From the NCBI GenBank assembly GCA_964633445.1, contig CAZWFW010000001.1, positions 6,339 through 70,338 of the forward strand: a stretch of DNA of 64,000 nucleotides, written 5' to 3'. A program made the translations under genes and the position numbers. The notes beneath the pieces were generated by a model. It did no database searches and was not told where the DNA came from. It saw only the letters and a program-made list of their open reading frames with translations. The DNA is from Candidatus Undinarchaeota archaeon. GTDB taxonomy: Archaea > Undinarchaeota > CAZWFW01. Shown in pieces: positions 27,932 to 37,084 of the stretch (positions are counted from its first letter, which is position 1; each line of letters opens with the position of its first letter).

Positions 27932-29445
27932 GGATTTAGCAAGAATAGAATAATGTTGGCTAGTAAGGATGTGAAAATGGCAGTTAATATTAAAAATAGA
28001 CAAAGCATGCCAACAGCAACTAATGTTTTAGGAATTACTTGCTTTATATTGATCTTTTTCAAATATCTTAGCTTCAAATATCTCAGCAATATTGCTATTG
28101 TTGGGATAATGCATATAAGGAGGAGAAACTCTAAGGGGTGATATTCCAGTAAATCTAGTAGTAATGATAGAATAAAGCCAAAAATGTAAGGAATTGCTAC
28201 AAAAAATGCTACTTTTTTAATACCTCTGTTGAACTTCAAGAAGAATAGAAGTAATAAAACTGCTATAGTAACGCTTATAGGCACCAAATTATCTGAAATT
28301 GCGATTAAAATCGAAGCAGAATTTGAAGGGAGCAGATACAAATCATCCTTTATTTTATTAGAGTCTATTTCAAATTTCGTGTAAACGTTATCTCCTATTC
28401 TTCCATATTTCCCTTTGTAATTTCCTTTATAGGCCCCTTTCGCGTACACAGCAATTTTTATATCATGGTTAGCCATTAAGAGCAAAGGATAATAAGGCTT
28501 GTTATCCAGGGGTATAAACTCTATTTCTATATTAGCTCTTCTTTGACATTTAAAAAATAGGTCACGAGCAAGACCCCAACGCGCTTCACGGACTTTTTCA
28601 CATGTTATAGGGATTTTTGTGTAGTCTTCTATGTAACCAACAATAAAGTATGTTGTATCACTTTTAAGCTTTTCAAGCATCTCTTTTTCTTCTTGAGTCA
28701 AATTTCCAAATTTTGACAAATATGCAATGATGTTCTCGCTTGATGGTATTAGTTCAAGAGCTATGCCGTATTTTTTAATTGTTAGCAGCTTCTTAACTTG
28801 CACCTCTTCAGAAACACCAGCGGCACCTATATAAAAAGTAAATAAATCTAGCCAAGAAGTCAAGGGGCGAATTACTGTAGCTTCAGTAACATCGGAGGCA
28901 ACTTTTCTTAGGGATTCTTCTATAGGAATGAACTCTAGATTAATGTTGGTTTCCGTTATGTCGAGTTTAATTTGCTTAGGATATTTAGTTTCAATAGGGA
29001 TAACCCAAAAAATGTTTGTAAAGTTTTTCTTATCAATTTTTTCATAGAAGTTCTCTGGTGAAATGTCCCAGCAGTAGATGCAATTATAACAATAGACACA
29101 ATTTCTGGAAATCTTCCCATACTTCTCTATACAGTGCTCCAGTACAATCCAATGAAATTTTGGTTCTGGACAAGTTTCCTTATATAATATATGAGAACTA
29201 ATAGAAAGGTTTAAAGGAAAAATCTTCACGTTGCCAACGTATGTTTTTATAATCTCTTCTCTTCCAAAATCATTTATTATAGTCATTTTTTCTTTTTCAC
29301 CATCATACTCAACAATTCCAACCTGATCGTAGCCGTACAACGACTTTAGCAAAGCTGTTCTTTCTTCAAAAAAGTAAACAGTTCCATCGCAAAACACACT
29401 AGGTAAAGTTAAAAGAAATGCTATAGCAATAAGGAGAAACCTCAT
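27928..29445 (-). CDS. Membrane protein with Cys-rich extracytoplasmic domain and C-terminal multi-TM region, unknown function
   Basis: The signal-like N-terminus begins at M22 (MRFLLIAIAFLLTLPSVFC). Contains the cluster CVYCYNCIYCWD and about 4 C-terminal TM helices. The alternative start 29508 would overlap the upstream gene by 17 nt. Confidence 0.55.
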   Translation of the reverse strand: MRFLLIAIAFLLTLPSVFCDGTVYFFEERTALLKSLYGYDQVGIVEYDGEKEKMTIINDFGREEIIKTYVGNVKIFPLNLSISSHILYKETCPEPKFHWIVLEHCIEKYGKISRNCVYCYNCIYCWDISPENFYEKIDKKNFTNIFWVIPIETKYPKQIKLDITETNINLEFIPIEESLRKVASDVTEATVIRPLTSWLDLFTFYIGAAGVSEEVQVKKLLTIKKYGIALELIPSSENIIAYLSKFGNLTQEEKEMLEKLKSDTTYFIVGYIEDYTKIPITCEKVREARWGLARDLFFKCQRRANIEIEFIPLDNKPYYPLLLMANHDIKIAVYAKGAYKGNYKGKYGRIGDNVYTKFEIDSNKIKDDLYLLPSNSASILIAISDNLVPISVTIAVLLLLFFLKFNRGIKKVAFFVAIPYIFGFILSLLLDLLEYHPLEFLLLICIIPTIAILLRYLKLRYLKKINIKQVIPKTLVAVGMLCLFLILTAIFTSLLANIILFLLNP

Positions 29446-29491
29446 TAAGTTTTTATTTTGATGTCCCATTAATAAACTTAAGGAAAATCTT

Positions 29492-30010
29492 TTATTTGGA
29501 ATTCTCAAATTTCTTTATTTCTTCCTGCAGATGCAGGAGTAACCACGAAACCCTACCTTTTTCTACCAATTCTTTGATTAACCTTTCCACTTTGCTTAAA
29601 CTTGCTGTCTTCCCGCTCTTAACTTCAACAAATATTATTTCCTCAGGCTCTTCTTTATGCAAACCTTTAAACACGACAAAATCCACGGGAGTCCCTAAGA
29701 ATCTAACATCCTTTGGTTCAATTCCGTAATTTGAAAACAAAATTATTGGTGCTAGTTGCTCACCTACTCTTCCCAAAATAGTTGCTGCTGATCTTTTTAC
29801 AGCATCCTCCCTGATATCCTCCTCCGCTTTAAGCCTCCATTCCTCAAATAAAACTTTTGCTCTTTCATTAGCTTCTCGTTCAAGCTCTGAAACACGCCAG
29901 TTATCAAATAATTTCCTTGCTCTTTCCTCAATTTCGTCTTTGATTTTCAAGTAATTCCAGAATAATACTAACAAAGCAACAATTAATATTAATAGTATAA
30001 GTTCAAGCAT
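29492..30010 (-). CDS. Membrane-anchored protein with coiled coil and Holliday-junction-resolvase-like PD-(D/E)xK domain (COG4741-like, unverified)
   Basis: N-terminal TM (LELILLILIVALLVLFW), then charged repeats (WRVSELEREANERAKVLFEEWRLKAEEDIRED). C-terminal GTPVDFVVF...IIFVEVKSGKTASLS fits a D...E-x-K nuclease core. Confidence 0.5.
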   Translation of the reverse strand: MLELILLILIVALLVLFWNYLKIKDEIEERARKLFDNWRVSELEREANERAKVLFEEWRLKAEEDIREDAVKRSAATILGRVGEQLAPIILFSNYGIEPKDVRFLGTPVDFVVFKGLHKEEPEEIIFVEVKSGKTASLSKVERLIKELVEKGRVSWLLLHLQEEIKKFENSK

Positions 30011-30119
30011 TTTAATTTGTGTTTATTTAATCTTATTAAATAAATTTAGAGGCAAGCTACATCCTACTATCTTCCTTAGCTTAAAACGCATAAATATATT
30101 CAAATAATTTTATAATAAA

Positions 30120-31481
30120 ATGGTGGGTATACAAGAGATCCCAGAGGATGTTAGAGAATTGGAAAGAGTTGCTGCACATAGCCACATTAAGGGCTTGGGA
30201 TTAGAAGGCTTGAAGGCAAAATTTATTGCTGATGGATTTGTTGGGCAAGAAGAGGCAAGAGAAGCTGCAGGTATAATTGTTAGGCTTATAAAAGCTGGTA
30301 GATTTGGTGGAAGAGCGATATTGATCGCTGGACCACCTGGCACAGGTAAGACTGCAATTGCTGTGGGTATAGCAAGGGAGCTTGGTAAAGACGTTCCGTT
30401 TGTTCCTTTAACCGCAAGCGAAATATACTCTGCTGAAGTTAAGAAAACGGAATTTTTGACACAAACACTAAGAAAGGCTATTGGTGTTAGAATAAGGGAA
30501 TTAAGGAAAGTTTATGAGGGTGAAGTAGTTGAGCTTAATATTGAGCGCAAACCCCATCCCTATAATCCATATTTTCAGATTCCTGTAGCTGCAACAGTTA
30601 AGCTTGAGACTAAGGATGAATCAAAACGTTTGAGCGTTGATCAGAATTTCGCAATGCAATTGATGCAGCAGGGTGTTAATGAAGGGGATGTTATACAAAT
30701 AGATGTTGATGGCGGGCGATTAATAAGACTTGGACCAAGTGAGAGAATAGCTAATAAACTCAAGGATATAACTACTGAAAAGCCAGTTCCTCTGCCAGTA
30801 GGTAAAGTACTTAAAGAAAAGGAATTTGTTTATGTGCTTAGCTTACATCAGCTTGATATGATGCGTGCTAGAAGTGAGGTTGACATATTTGGCTTGCTTT
30901 TTGGTTCAACAAGAAAGGAGGTTGATTCCGAGGTAAGGAGAGAGGTAGATGAACTTGTAAAAGAGATGGTTGAAAAAGGTAAAGCTGAGCTTGTACCAGG
31001 GGTAATATTTATTGATGAATGCTCACTGCTTGATATTGAAACGTATGCATTTCTTAACAGAGCGTTGGAGCAAGAATTAAGTCCAATAATAATATTTGCT
31101 ACAAATAGAGGAACCGCAAGAATTAGGGGCACTGATCAGGTTTCCCCTCATGCAATGCCGCTTGATTTGCTTGATAGAGTTCTGATAATTACCACAAGAC
31201 CGTATAATGAGGAGGAGATAAGAGAGATAATAAAGATAAGAGCTAAGGCAGAAAAAATTGGAATTGATGAGCAGGCATTGGAATTATTAACGAAACTTGG
31301 AGTTGAGCGTTCCTTGCGTTATGCTTTGCAATTACTTGCGCCAGCTTATGAAGTTGCTAAGGAAGAAGGTAAGGAAAAAGTTTGTAAAGAACATGTTGAA
31401 GCTGTTGCTAAGCTATTTGTTGATGTTAAGAAATCATCTAAATACTTAAAGAAGATGGAGGAAAAATTGCTTAGTTACTAA
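30120..31481 (+). CDS. TIP49/RuvB-like (RuvBL1/2 homologue) AAA+ ATPase
   Basis: HSHIKGLGL, Walker A GPPGTGKTAIA, an inserted OB-like domain II (about aa 125-235) and Walker B VIFIDECSLLD. 453 aa, collinear with eukaryotic pontin/reptin. Confidence 0.92.
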   Translation: MVGIQEIPEDVRELERVAAHSHIKGLGLEGLKAKFIADGFVGQEEAREAAGIIVRLIKAGRFGGRAILIAGPPGTGKTAIAVGIARELGKDVPFVPLTASEIYSAEVKKTEFLTQTLRKAIGVRIRELRKVYEGEVVELNIERKPHPYNPYFQIPVAATVKLETKDESKRLSVDQNFAMQLMQQGVNEGDVIQIDVDGGRLIRLGPSERIANKLKDITTEKPVPLPVGKVLKEKEFVYVLSLHQLDMMRARSEVDIFGLLFGSTRKEVDSEVRREVDELVKEMVEKGKAELVPGVIFIDECSLLDIETYAFLNRALEQELSPIIIFATNRGTARIRGTDQVSPHAMPLDLLDRVLIITTRPYNEEEIREIIKIRAKAEKIGIDEQALELLTKLGVERSLRYALQLLAPAYEVAKEEGKEKVCKEHVEAVAKLFVDVKKSSKYLKKMEEKLLSY

Positions 31482-31636
31482 TTAAAGCAATACATAAACT
31501 TTTACAGATTTTTAATGACTATAGAAAACTGGAAAATTTGGAAAGTTCATTTTTGGAAATTTTCAAAGTAATGATATATATCAGCAACCTCTATAACGTT
31601 AGATGTTTTTATTTCTGGAAAATACGTGATGCATAC

Positions 31637-32572
31637 TCATTTTATTTTTATACTCCTTACAATGTCTTTTCCAAATGCTATATTAAGAATAAGGTTAAGA
31701 TAACATTCACCTTCACCAAATCCTATTAAAACTGGCTTTTTAACGCTTAATTTTTCTAAAAGTTTTGAAGGATGGATATTCTTCGATAAGGAAAGTACTA
31801 TGAAATCGTCATCCAGATTCAATTGCTTTACCACATTAATTGAGCCCCTGCTTGCTTCCGCAAGAGTTAAACTGAATTTCCTATTCTTTCCAACACAGCA
31901 CAACTCCACTCTTGCACCTCTGCATTTTCTCTTTGGAAGGGTTTCAAGAGTCCCCTCAATTTTTCCTTCTTCTATTTTACCGAAAAACCTTGCATTTCCC
32001 TTTTCATCATATATTTCAAGTGACACCTCCTTGTTTGGAAGATAACATACCTTTGGTATGAGTAAAAGATACGCTTTAGAGCCCTCTATTTCAAATTCTA
32101 GAGAAGGCAAGTGCATATAGCTTGTTAAGTCTTTTCTTACAAAAATCGTATTTTTCCTTAGAAACTCGGGATTAATCTTAACATCATCACCAAAGCCCTC
32201 CTGCATAGAATTAAAGTTACTGCTTATATTATACGTTACTACCCTGCCATAATACTCCCATTCTCCAACTATATCCAAGTAGCCTAATTTATATCTTGTC
32301 TTGCGTCTAAATTTAATTCTTTCCAAAGAACTGCTTTCAGCATCAAAAATTTCGCTAACAAAGCTTAAAATCTTTCTTTTCTTTTTTTGCTTAAAAAACA
32401 TAAGCAAGAAAAACGCAACATTTATAATCGCTAGTAGAAGAACAAGGTATTTTATTGAAGGAGCTTTCAGATAGAAAAGGAGGAAGATGAAGAACGCTAA
32501 TAGCGCAACGAAAGGTGCTACTGCTAAGGTGAATATCCTGCTACCATAATCTTTAACTATGTGAAATTTCAT
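31637..32572 (-). CDS. Hypothetical membrane-anchored protein
   Basis: 311 aa with two N-terminal TM helices followed by a soluble domain with no motif I recognise. Confidence 0.55.
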   Translation of the reverse strand: MKFHIVKDYGSRIFTLAVAPFVALLAFFIFLLFYLKAPSIKYLVLLLAIINVAFFLLMFFKQKKKRKILSFVSEIFDAESSSLERIKFRRKTRYKLGYLDIVGEWEYYGRVVTYNISSNFNSMQEGFGDDVKINPEFLRKNTIFVRKDLTSYMHLPSLEFEIEGSKAYLLLIPKVCYLPNKEVSLEIYDEKGNARFFGKIEEGKIEGTLETLPKRKCRGARVELCCVGKNRKFSLTLAEASRGSINVVKQLNLDDDFIVLSLSKNIHPSKLLEKLSVKKPVLIGFGEGECYLNLILNIAFGKDIVRSIKIK

Positions 32573-32597
32573 GATAATTTAGTACTAACAAAACAAT

Positions 32598-33089
32598 TCA
32601 AATAACTTTACCACCTTGATACCTACCATTGTATTTCTCAGCTTTTCCTTCAACTTTTTCAAAAACAATTTGAGCAATTTTGGCAAACCTTTTAACTCTA
32701 AATTCGTAATTTGAAAAATTCTTAATACCAAAAGTTAATGCGCCTTTATAACCAGGATCTACTAATGCTGTAAAAATATAAACTCCGCATCTAAAAAGCG
32801 TAGATCTTGGTAAAATTCTTGCAATTAAGTTACTTGGAATATTAACCTTTTCAACAGTTTTTACAAGATAATACTCATTTGGTTTAATTACATAAACATC
32901 CCCACAAATCTCTTCAACTTCTGGAAGCTTTCTTGAATTAATTCCAAGTCTAGCATCACTTTTTATCTTATACAGAACATCAAGTCTCAAATCATAGCCT
33001 GCTCCTTGCAAATTTTCTTTCTTAAAATTCTCTATTAAAGGAGGGTTTTCCGCAACTAACTTTTCAATTTCACTTTTTGCAAGTATCAT
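32598..33089 (-). CDS. dUTPase/dCTP deaminase-family protein (Dut-like)
   Basis: 163 aa. LQGAGYDLRL, LVDPGYKG and the overall size match archaeal trimeric dUTPase/Dcd-family proteins. Confidence 0.8.
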   Translation of the reverse strand: MILAKSEIEKLVAENPPLIENFKKENLQGAGYDLRLDVLYKIKSDARLGINSRKLPEVEEICGDVYVIKPNEYYLVKTVEKVNIPSNLIARILPRSTLFRCGVYIFTALVDPGYKGALTFGIKNFSNYEFRVKRFAKIAQIVFEKVEGKAEKYNGRYQGGKVI

Positions 33090-33110
33090 ATAGTTATTTT
33101 AGGTTTTTTG

Positions 33111-33368
33111 AAAAATTTATCTTCATGTTGTTTGCAAGACCCAATGCGTAAGCGTGGGGATACGCAATGGGAGGCGGGTGGGAAATATTTAAATACTTTG
33201 AAGTTGTATAAACAGTAATCTCGCAACAGCCGTTAAGGCCGGACAGCCCGTGAGGATAACGGGTAGTGGCCTCGTGAACAGGCCTGTGAGGATAAGGGTG
33301 GTAGAAATCCACCAAACTCCTCACGAAGCTCCTTTCGTAAGGGAGGGGCAGTTTACAGCCCTGTTTTT
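33111..33368 (-). ncRNA. G+C-rich structured island 1 (candidate ncRNA or cis-regulatory leader; strand tentative)
   Basis: 36/60 G+C in 33241-33300 versus 17/60 in 33421-33480. Hairpins at 33140-33171, 33268-33284 and 33286-33324. Shares blocks with islands 2 and 3. Oligo-T is present on either strand (33364-33368 on plus; 33111-33115 on minus). The track ORF 33094-33372 is probably spurious. Confidence 0.5.
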
Positions 33369-34004
33369 CCAATATTTCTTGAGAAGCTCTCCAGAAGCAT
33401 ATGCACTAAGAAGTGCGAAAAGTGAAAAATTAACTCTTCTTTCAAAGCTGCCAATTAATTTCACTTCTACAAATTCCTTTCTTTCAAAAGCTTTGACAAG
33501 AATTCTACAAACCTTTCTATTGTTTAAATAACCCTCCAAATAAATAAACTCGTTTTTTAAAATTTTTATAGTGTAGGATGTTTTTTTGATTTTACCCATT
33601 AAAAATCTAAATTCGCTATTCTTTATCAAAAGTTTTGCGAATTGTTTTCTTAGTGAAAGCAATATCGGATTTCCACTCCCACCAAATTCCAAAATAACGT
33701 CCTTTAAAGACTTTTTAGTAGTAAGAATTATTTTACCCTCCAGATATACAGGTATCGAAAAAAGTAGATAATAGGAGGTAGAAACAGCATCCAGCCAGAT
33801 CTCGTAATAACAATGTTTACAGAATAGAAAAAGTGAAAATGAAGATAGAAAATATCCAGGGGAATGAGGAATACCATTTTTAATGAAAGGGAATATTAGA
33901 GCATAGATACATGAATGCAACAAAAATAGATATGTTGCTAAAAATAGTTTAAGCAAACCAAAAATTATAAACAGAGAATCGAGAAGATAAATCAAACTTA
34001 CCAA
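33321..34004 (-). CDS. Hypothetical membrane protein (C-terminal ~16 codons overlap island 1)
   Basis: 227-aa ORF with a hydrophobic N-terminal half and no recognisable motif. It overlaps the 63-aa ORF 33949-34140 in another frame, so this could be two genes or one frameshifted gene. Confidence 0.4.
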   Translation of the reverse strand: MVSLIYLLDSLFIIFGLLKLFLATYLFLLHSCIYALIFPFIKNGIPHSPGYFLSSFSLFLFCKHCYYEIWLDAVSTSYYLLFSIPVYLEGKIILTTKKSLKDVILEFGGSGNPILLSLRKQFAKLLIKNSEFRFLMGKIKKTSYTIKILKNEFIYLEGYLNNRKVCRILVKAFERKEFVEVKLIGSFERRVNFSLFALLSAYASGELLKKYWKNRAVNCPSLTKGAS

Positions 34005-34140
34005 TAAAAGTGCAAAAGTAGCATAAAGGTATTTTTAAAATAATTTCTCTTAATTCAAAAATTAATAAATAAAATGTTAAATAGTAAAAGCTTAAGTATA
34101 TGCCCAATAGGAAAATCTTGTAAATTTTGCTGAAGTTCAT
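33949..34140 (-). CDS. Possible small membrane protein
   Basis: 63-aa hydrophobic ORF starting 11 nt after the recJ-like stop. Very AT-rich. Weak support. Confidence 0.25.
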   Translation of the reverse strand: MNFSKIYKIFLLGIYLSFYYLTFYLLIFELREIILKIPLCYFCTFIGKFDLSSRFSVYNFWFA

Positions 34141-34151
34141 AAATTTCCATA

Positions 34152-35576
34152 TTATTCTTGTTTTATTTTGCTAATATTAATTTGCCTCACCAACAACTTC
34201 TCAAATTTCTCAATAAATTCGCTTATTTTATCCTTAGGAACAAACGCTCCTGCTGCTGGTGCGTGTCCTCCACCACTACCTCCAACTTCGCTTGCAGCAA
34301 TCCTTATCGCCTTACCTAAATTCATATTTTTCATTGCAAGTAATTTTGAGCATCTTGCTGAAACTTTGTACCCCTTTTCAGTCTCAACGAATCCTACTAA
34401 TGGTTTATAGTGGTTAACAATATCAGAACCTAAAATTAATCCAACAACACTTCCAAGCAAAACTGCATCTACTTTATTTTTAGCATCGAAAAATTGCAAA
34501 TAGCCTTTTGGCGCGTAATCAATACCCTCCTCAATAATTACCTCACATGCCTTAGCTAAGTTGCGTCTATGCTTTTCAAGCAACCTCTGCAAAACCTTAT
34601 AATACAACCCACGTCTACCGGTGGCAACCTCTATGCCAATGATTTCTTTTTTATTTCGTCCAGCAGCATTTAAACAAGTAGCGAACTCTTCCACATCTTT
34701 TAATGGTGATTTGTCGCTTTCATCTTTAAGCGAATATACTTCACCGATTATAAGTTTTGGAACATAAATGGCAAGCTCCTTTGGTGCATATGCCATTGCT
34801 CTTGCTATCAAAGCATCCGCAATTTTTCTTTTTTCCTCTTCACTTAAATCAACAAGTCTTCGCCAGGAATTTTCTTTATTATCATTTTGTAATTTTATAC
34901 CTAATTTGTTAAGAAAATTTATACTGCCTGCCTCACTACCAGAGATACCTGGAATGTAAGGATCCGTAAGCAGCTCTAATGCCTTGAAAACTGGTCTTGT
35001 ATATCTTCCATAAAGCGCTAAGTCAACTTTAACTTCTATCTTATCAGCCTTTATGGCATCCTCCAGTATTTTCCTATTCATCCCTGTGAAACTGCCCCAG
35101 AAGTTTTGCATATCCCCAATTGCCCCTATAATAGCGAGATAACTTAAATCTACATTTCTTTCATTTAAATACTTAGCAAATAGATATGCTGAACCAGCTC
35201 CAGAAATTTCGCTGGATCCATCTATTCCAAAAAAGTAAGGATTGAAATGCACAAGTTCTTGCCAACTTTCACGTTCAGGTTGGTGATGATCAAGAATAAT
35301 GGTGTCATGCCCCTTAAATTTTTCCTTAAGTAAATTCGTTTGTCCAGAACCAAGATCCGTAAAGAATGTTAAGTCATCTGGAGCTAAATCCTCTATTGTT
35401 TCTGGGTCTATTTGCCTGATAGTAACAATATTCGCCTCAGCACCTTCCCTCTGCAAACATTTATAAAGAATAGCTGCTGCAGACAAACCATCAGCATCTA
35501 TATGCGATATAATAGTTATGGAATCATTTTTGTGCTTTCTGAACAAATCTATTGCCTTTTTTATTATTCTTATCAT
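34152..35576 (-). CDS. Archaeal RecJ/Cdc45-like DHH phosphoesterase (GAN-type)
   Basis: DHH motifs ISHIDADGLSAAA, FTDLG and ILDHHQP, plus DHHA1 GGSGGGHAPAAGA. 474 aa. Confidence 0.9.
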   Translation of the reverse strand: MIRIIKKAIDLFRKHKNDSITIISHIDADGLSAAAILYKCLQREGAEANIVTIRQIDPETIEDLAPDDLTFFTDLGSGQTNLLKEKFKGHDTIILDHHQPERESWQELVHFNPYFFGIDGSSEISGAGSAYLFAKYLNERNVDLSYLAIIGAIGDMQNFWGSFTGMNRKILEDAIKADKIEVKVDLALYGRYTRPVFKALELLTDPYIPGISGSEAGSINFLNKLGIKLQNDNKENSWRRLVDLSEEEKRKIADALIARAMAYAPKELAIYVPKLIIGEVYSLKDESDKSPLKDVEEFATCLNAAGRNKKEIIGIEVATGRRGLYYKVLQRLLEKHRRNLAKACEVIIEEGIDYAPKGYLQFFDAKNKVDAVLLGSVVGLILGSDIVNHYKPLVGFVETEKGYKVSARCSKLLAMKNMNLGKAIRIAASEVGGSGGGHAPAAGAFVPKDKISEFIEKFEKLLVRQINISKIKQE

Positions 35577-35625
35577 TTTACACTCAGATTAAAATATGAG
35601 ATTTAGCTATTTTTAAATTTAAACA

Positions 35626-36963
35626 ATGAAAGACGCGGGAATAAGCATAGAGGATATTGGCAAATTAAGGAGAACTCACTATACTATAGATGTTATAGAG
35701 GAGGAAGAAGGGAAAGAAGTTGTATTAATGGGATGGGTTCATGAAATAAGGGATTTGGGAGGTATAAAATTTCTTTTGCTTAGAGATAGAGAGGGTATAA
35801 TTCAAATAACTTTTCCAAAGAAGAAAGTGCCAGGGAATATCTTTAAAATTGCTTCAAAGTTAACAAAGGAGAGTATTATAGCTGTTAAAGGAAAAATTAT
35901 AAGAAATAAGCAAGCCCCCAATAGTGTTGAAATTTTACCGAGCGATTTAAAGGTTTTAAGTTTGGCTGATGCTTTATTACCTTTAGATGTAACTGAAAAG
36001 GTTAAGGCTGATTTGGATACGCGTTTAGATGCAAGAGTTTTGGATTTGAGGAAGCCAAAAATTCAGGCGATTTTTAAAATTAGAATGACAATTTTAAATG
36101 CATTCAGAGAGTATTTGAAAAATCAAGGATTTATTGAAGTTAACACGCCAACAATAGTGGCTGCCGCTACTGAAGGTGGTGCAGAGCTATTCCCTGTAGC
36201 ATATTTTGAAAGAGAGGCATTTCTAAGGCAATCACCTCAATTGTATAAACAAATGCTCATGGCCACAGGATTTGATAGGGTCTTTGAGATTTGCCCAGTT
36301 TTTAGAGCAGAAAAGCACAATACCGTTAGGCATCTAAACGAAATTACGCAAATGGATATTGAAATGGCTTTCGCAACACATGAAGATGCCATGCGGATGC
36401 TTGAGAATGTTGTTAGGTACATGATTGAAAAAGTTGCCAAGGAAAACAAAAGAGAATTAGAATTACTTAATAAAAAGATTGATGTGCCTGAAACACCATT
36501 TAAAAGGCTTACCTATGATGAAGTTCTTGAGATAGCAAAGAAGTATAACTTAGCGTTTGAATGGGGCGAAGATGTACCCACGCAAGTTATGAAATTGCTT
36601 GGCAAGCTATACAAAGATCCTATTTTTATTGTAGACTGGCCTACGGAAGCAAGAGCTTTTTATGCAATGCCGCATGAAGATGATGAGAAATATTGCTATG
36701 CATTCGATTTGGCTTATAGAGGTATTGAGATTTCCTCTGGCACATGCAGAATTCATCAGTACGATTTGCTTGTGAAGCAATTAAAGGCTAGAGGATTAAG
36801 CGTTGAGAGCTTTAAAGCTTATCTTGACGCTTTTAGATATGGAATGCCTCCGCATGCAGGTTGGTCTATTGGAGCCGAGCGTTTTTTAATGGCTTTGCTT
36901 GATTTGGATAATATAAGAGAAGCTACGCTATTTCCGAGGGATAGGAAAAGGTTATTGCCTTAA
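35626..36963 (+). CDS. aspS: Aspartyl-tRNA synthetase (archaeal type)
   Basis: N-terminal OB anticodon-binding domain. Class II motif 2 [21 protein letters not shown] and motif 3 [15 protein letters not shown]. Confidence 0.95.
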   Translation: MKDAGISIEDIGKLRRTHYTIDVIEEEEGKEVVLMGWVHEIRDLGGIKFLLLRDREGIIQITFPKKKVPGNIFKIASKLTKESIIAVKGKIIRNKQAPNSVEILPSDLKVLSLADALLPLDVTEKVKADLDTRLDARVLDLRKPKIQAIFKIRMTILNAFREYLKNQGFIEVNTPTIVAAATEGGAELFPVAYFEREAFLRQSPQLYKQMLMATGFDRVFEICPVFRAEKHNTVRHLNEITQMDIEMAFATHEDAMRMLENVVRYMIEKVAKENKRELELLNKKIDVPETPFKRLTYDEVLEIAKKYNLAFEWGEDVPTQVMKLLGKLYKDPIFIVDWPTEARAFYAMPHEDDEKYCYAFDLAYRGIEISSGTCRIHQYDLLVKQLKARGLSVESFKAYLDAFRYGMPPHAGWSIGAERFLMALLDLDNIREATLFPRDRKRLLP

Positions 36964-37084
36964 ATTTTGGTTATCTAGTTAAAACCTCTTAGCATCTTAA
37001 ACATAATTTTTGCATAAGTTACTAGTTTGCACGGATTATAATGTTGGAAATCCTAAATTATACTCAAAATTCGGAAAATAGAAA

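Noticed and set aside
33111-33368. Island 1 considered as RNase P RNA or SRP (7S) RNA.
   Set aside because: On either strand I could not find the universal RNase P elements (GAGGAAAGUCC-type CR-I, ACAGAA..GGCUUA-type CR-V). I also could not find the SRP helix-8 core (AGGCCCGGAAGGGAGCA-like with a GNAR loop) or paired 5'/3' termini. The length (about 230-260 nt) is also short for archaeal SRP RNA. A covariance-model search is still needed.
33094-33372. The 92-aa ORF (33094-33372, minus), the 93-aa ORF (33250-33531, plus) and the 64-aa ORF at 45279-45473, considered as protein genes.
   Set aside because: They coincide exactly with the G+C-rich hairpin-dense islands and have His/Pro/Arg/Gly-rich translations unlike any other protein in the window. 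Open frames are expected by chance where stop-codon-forming A/T is depleted.
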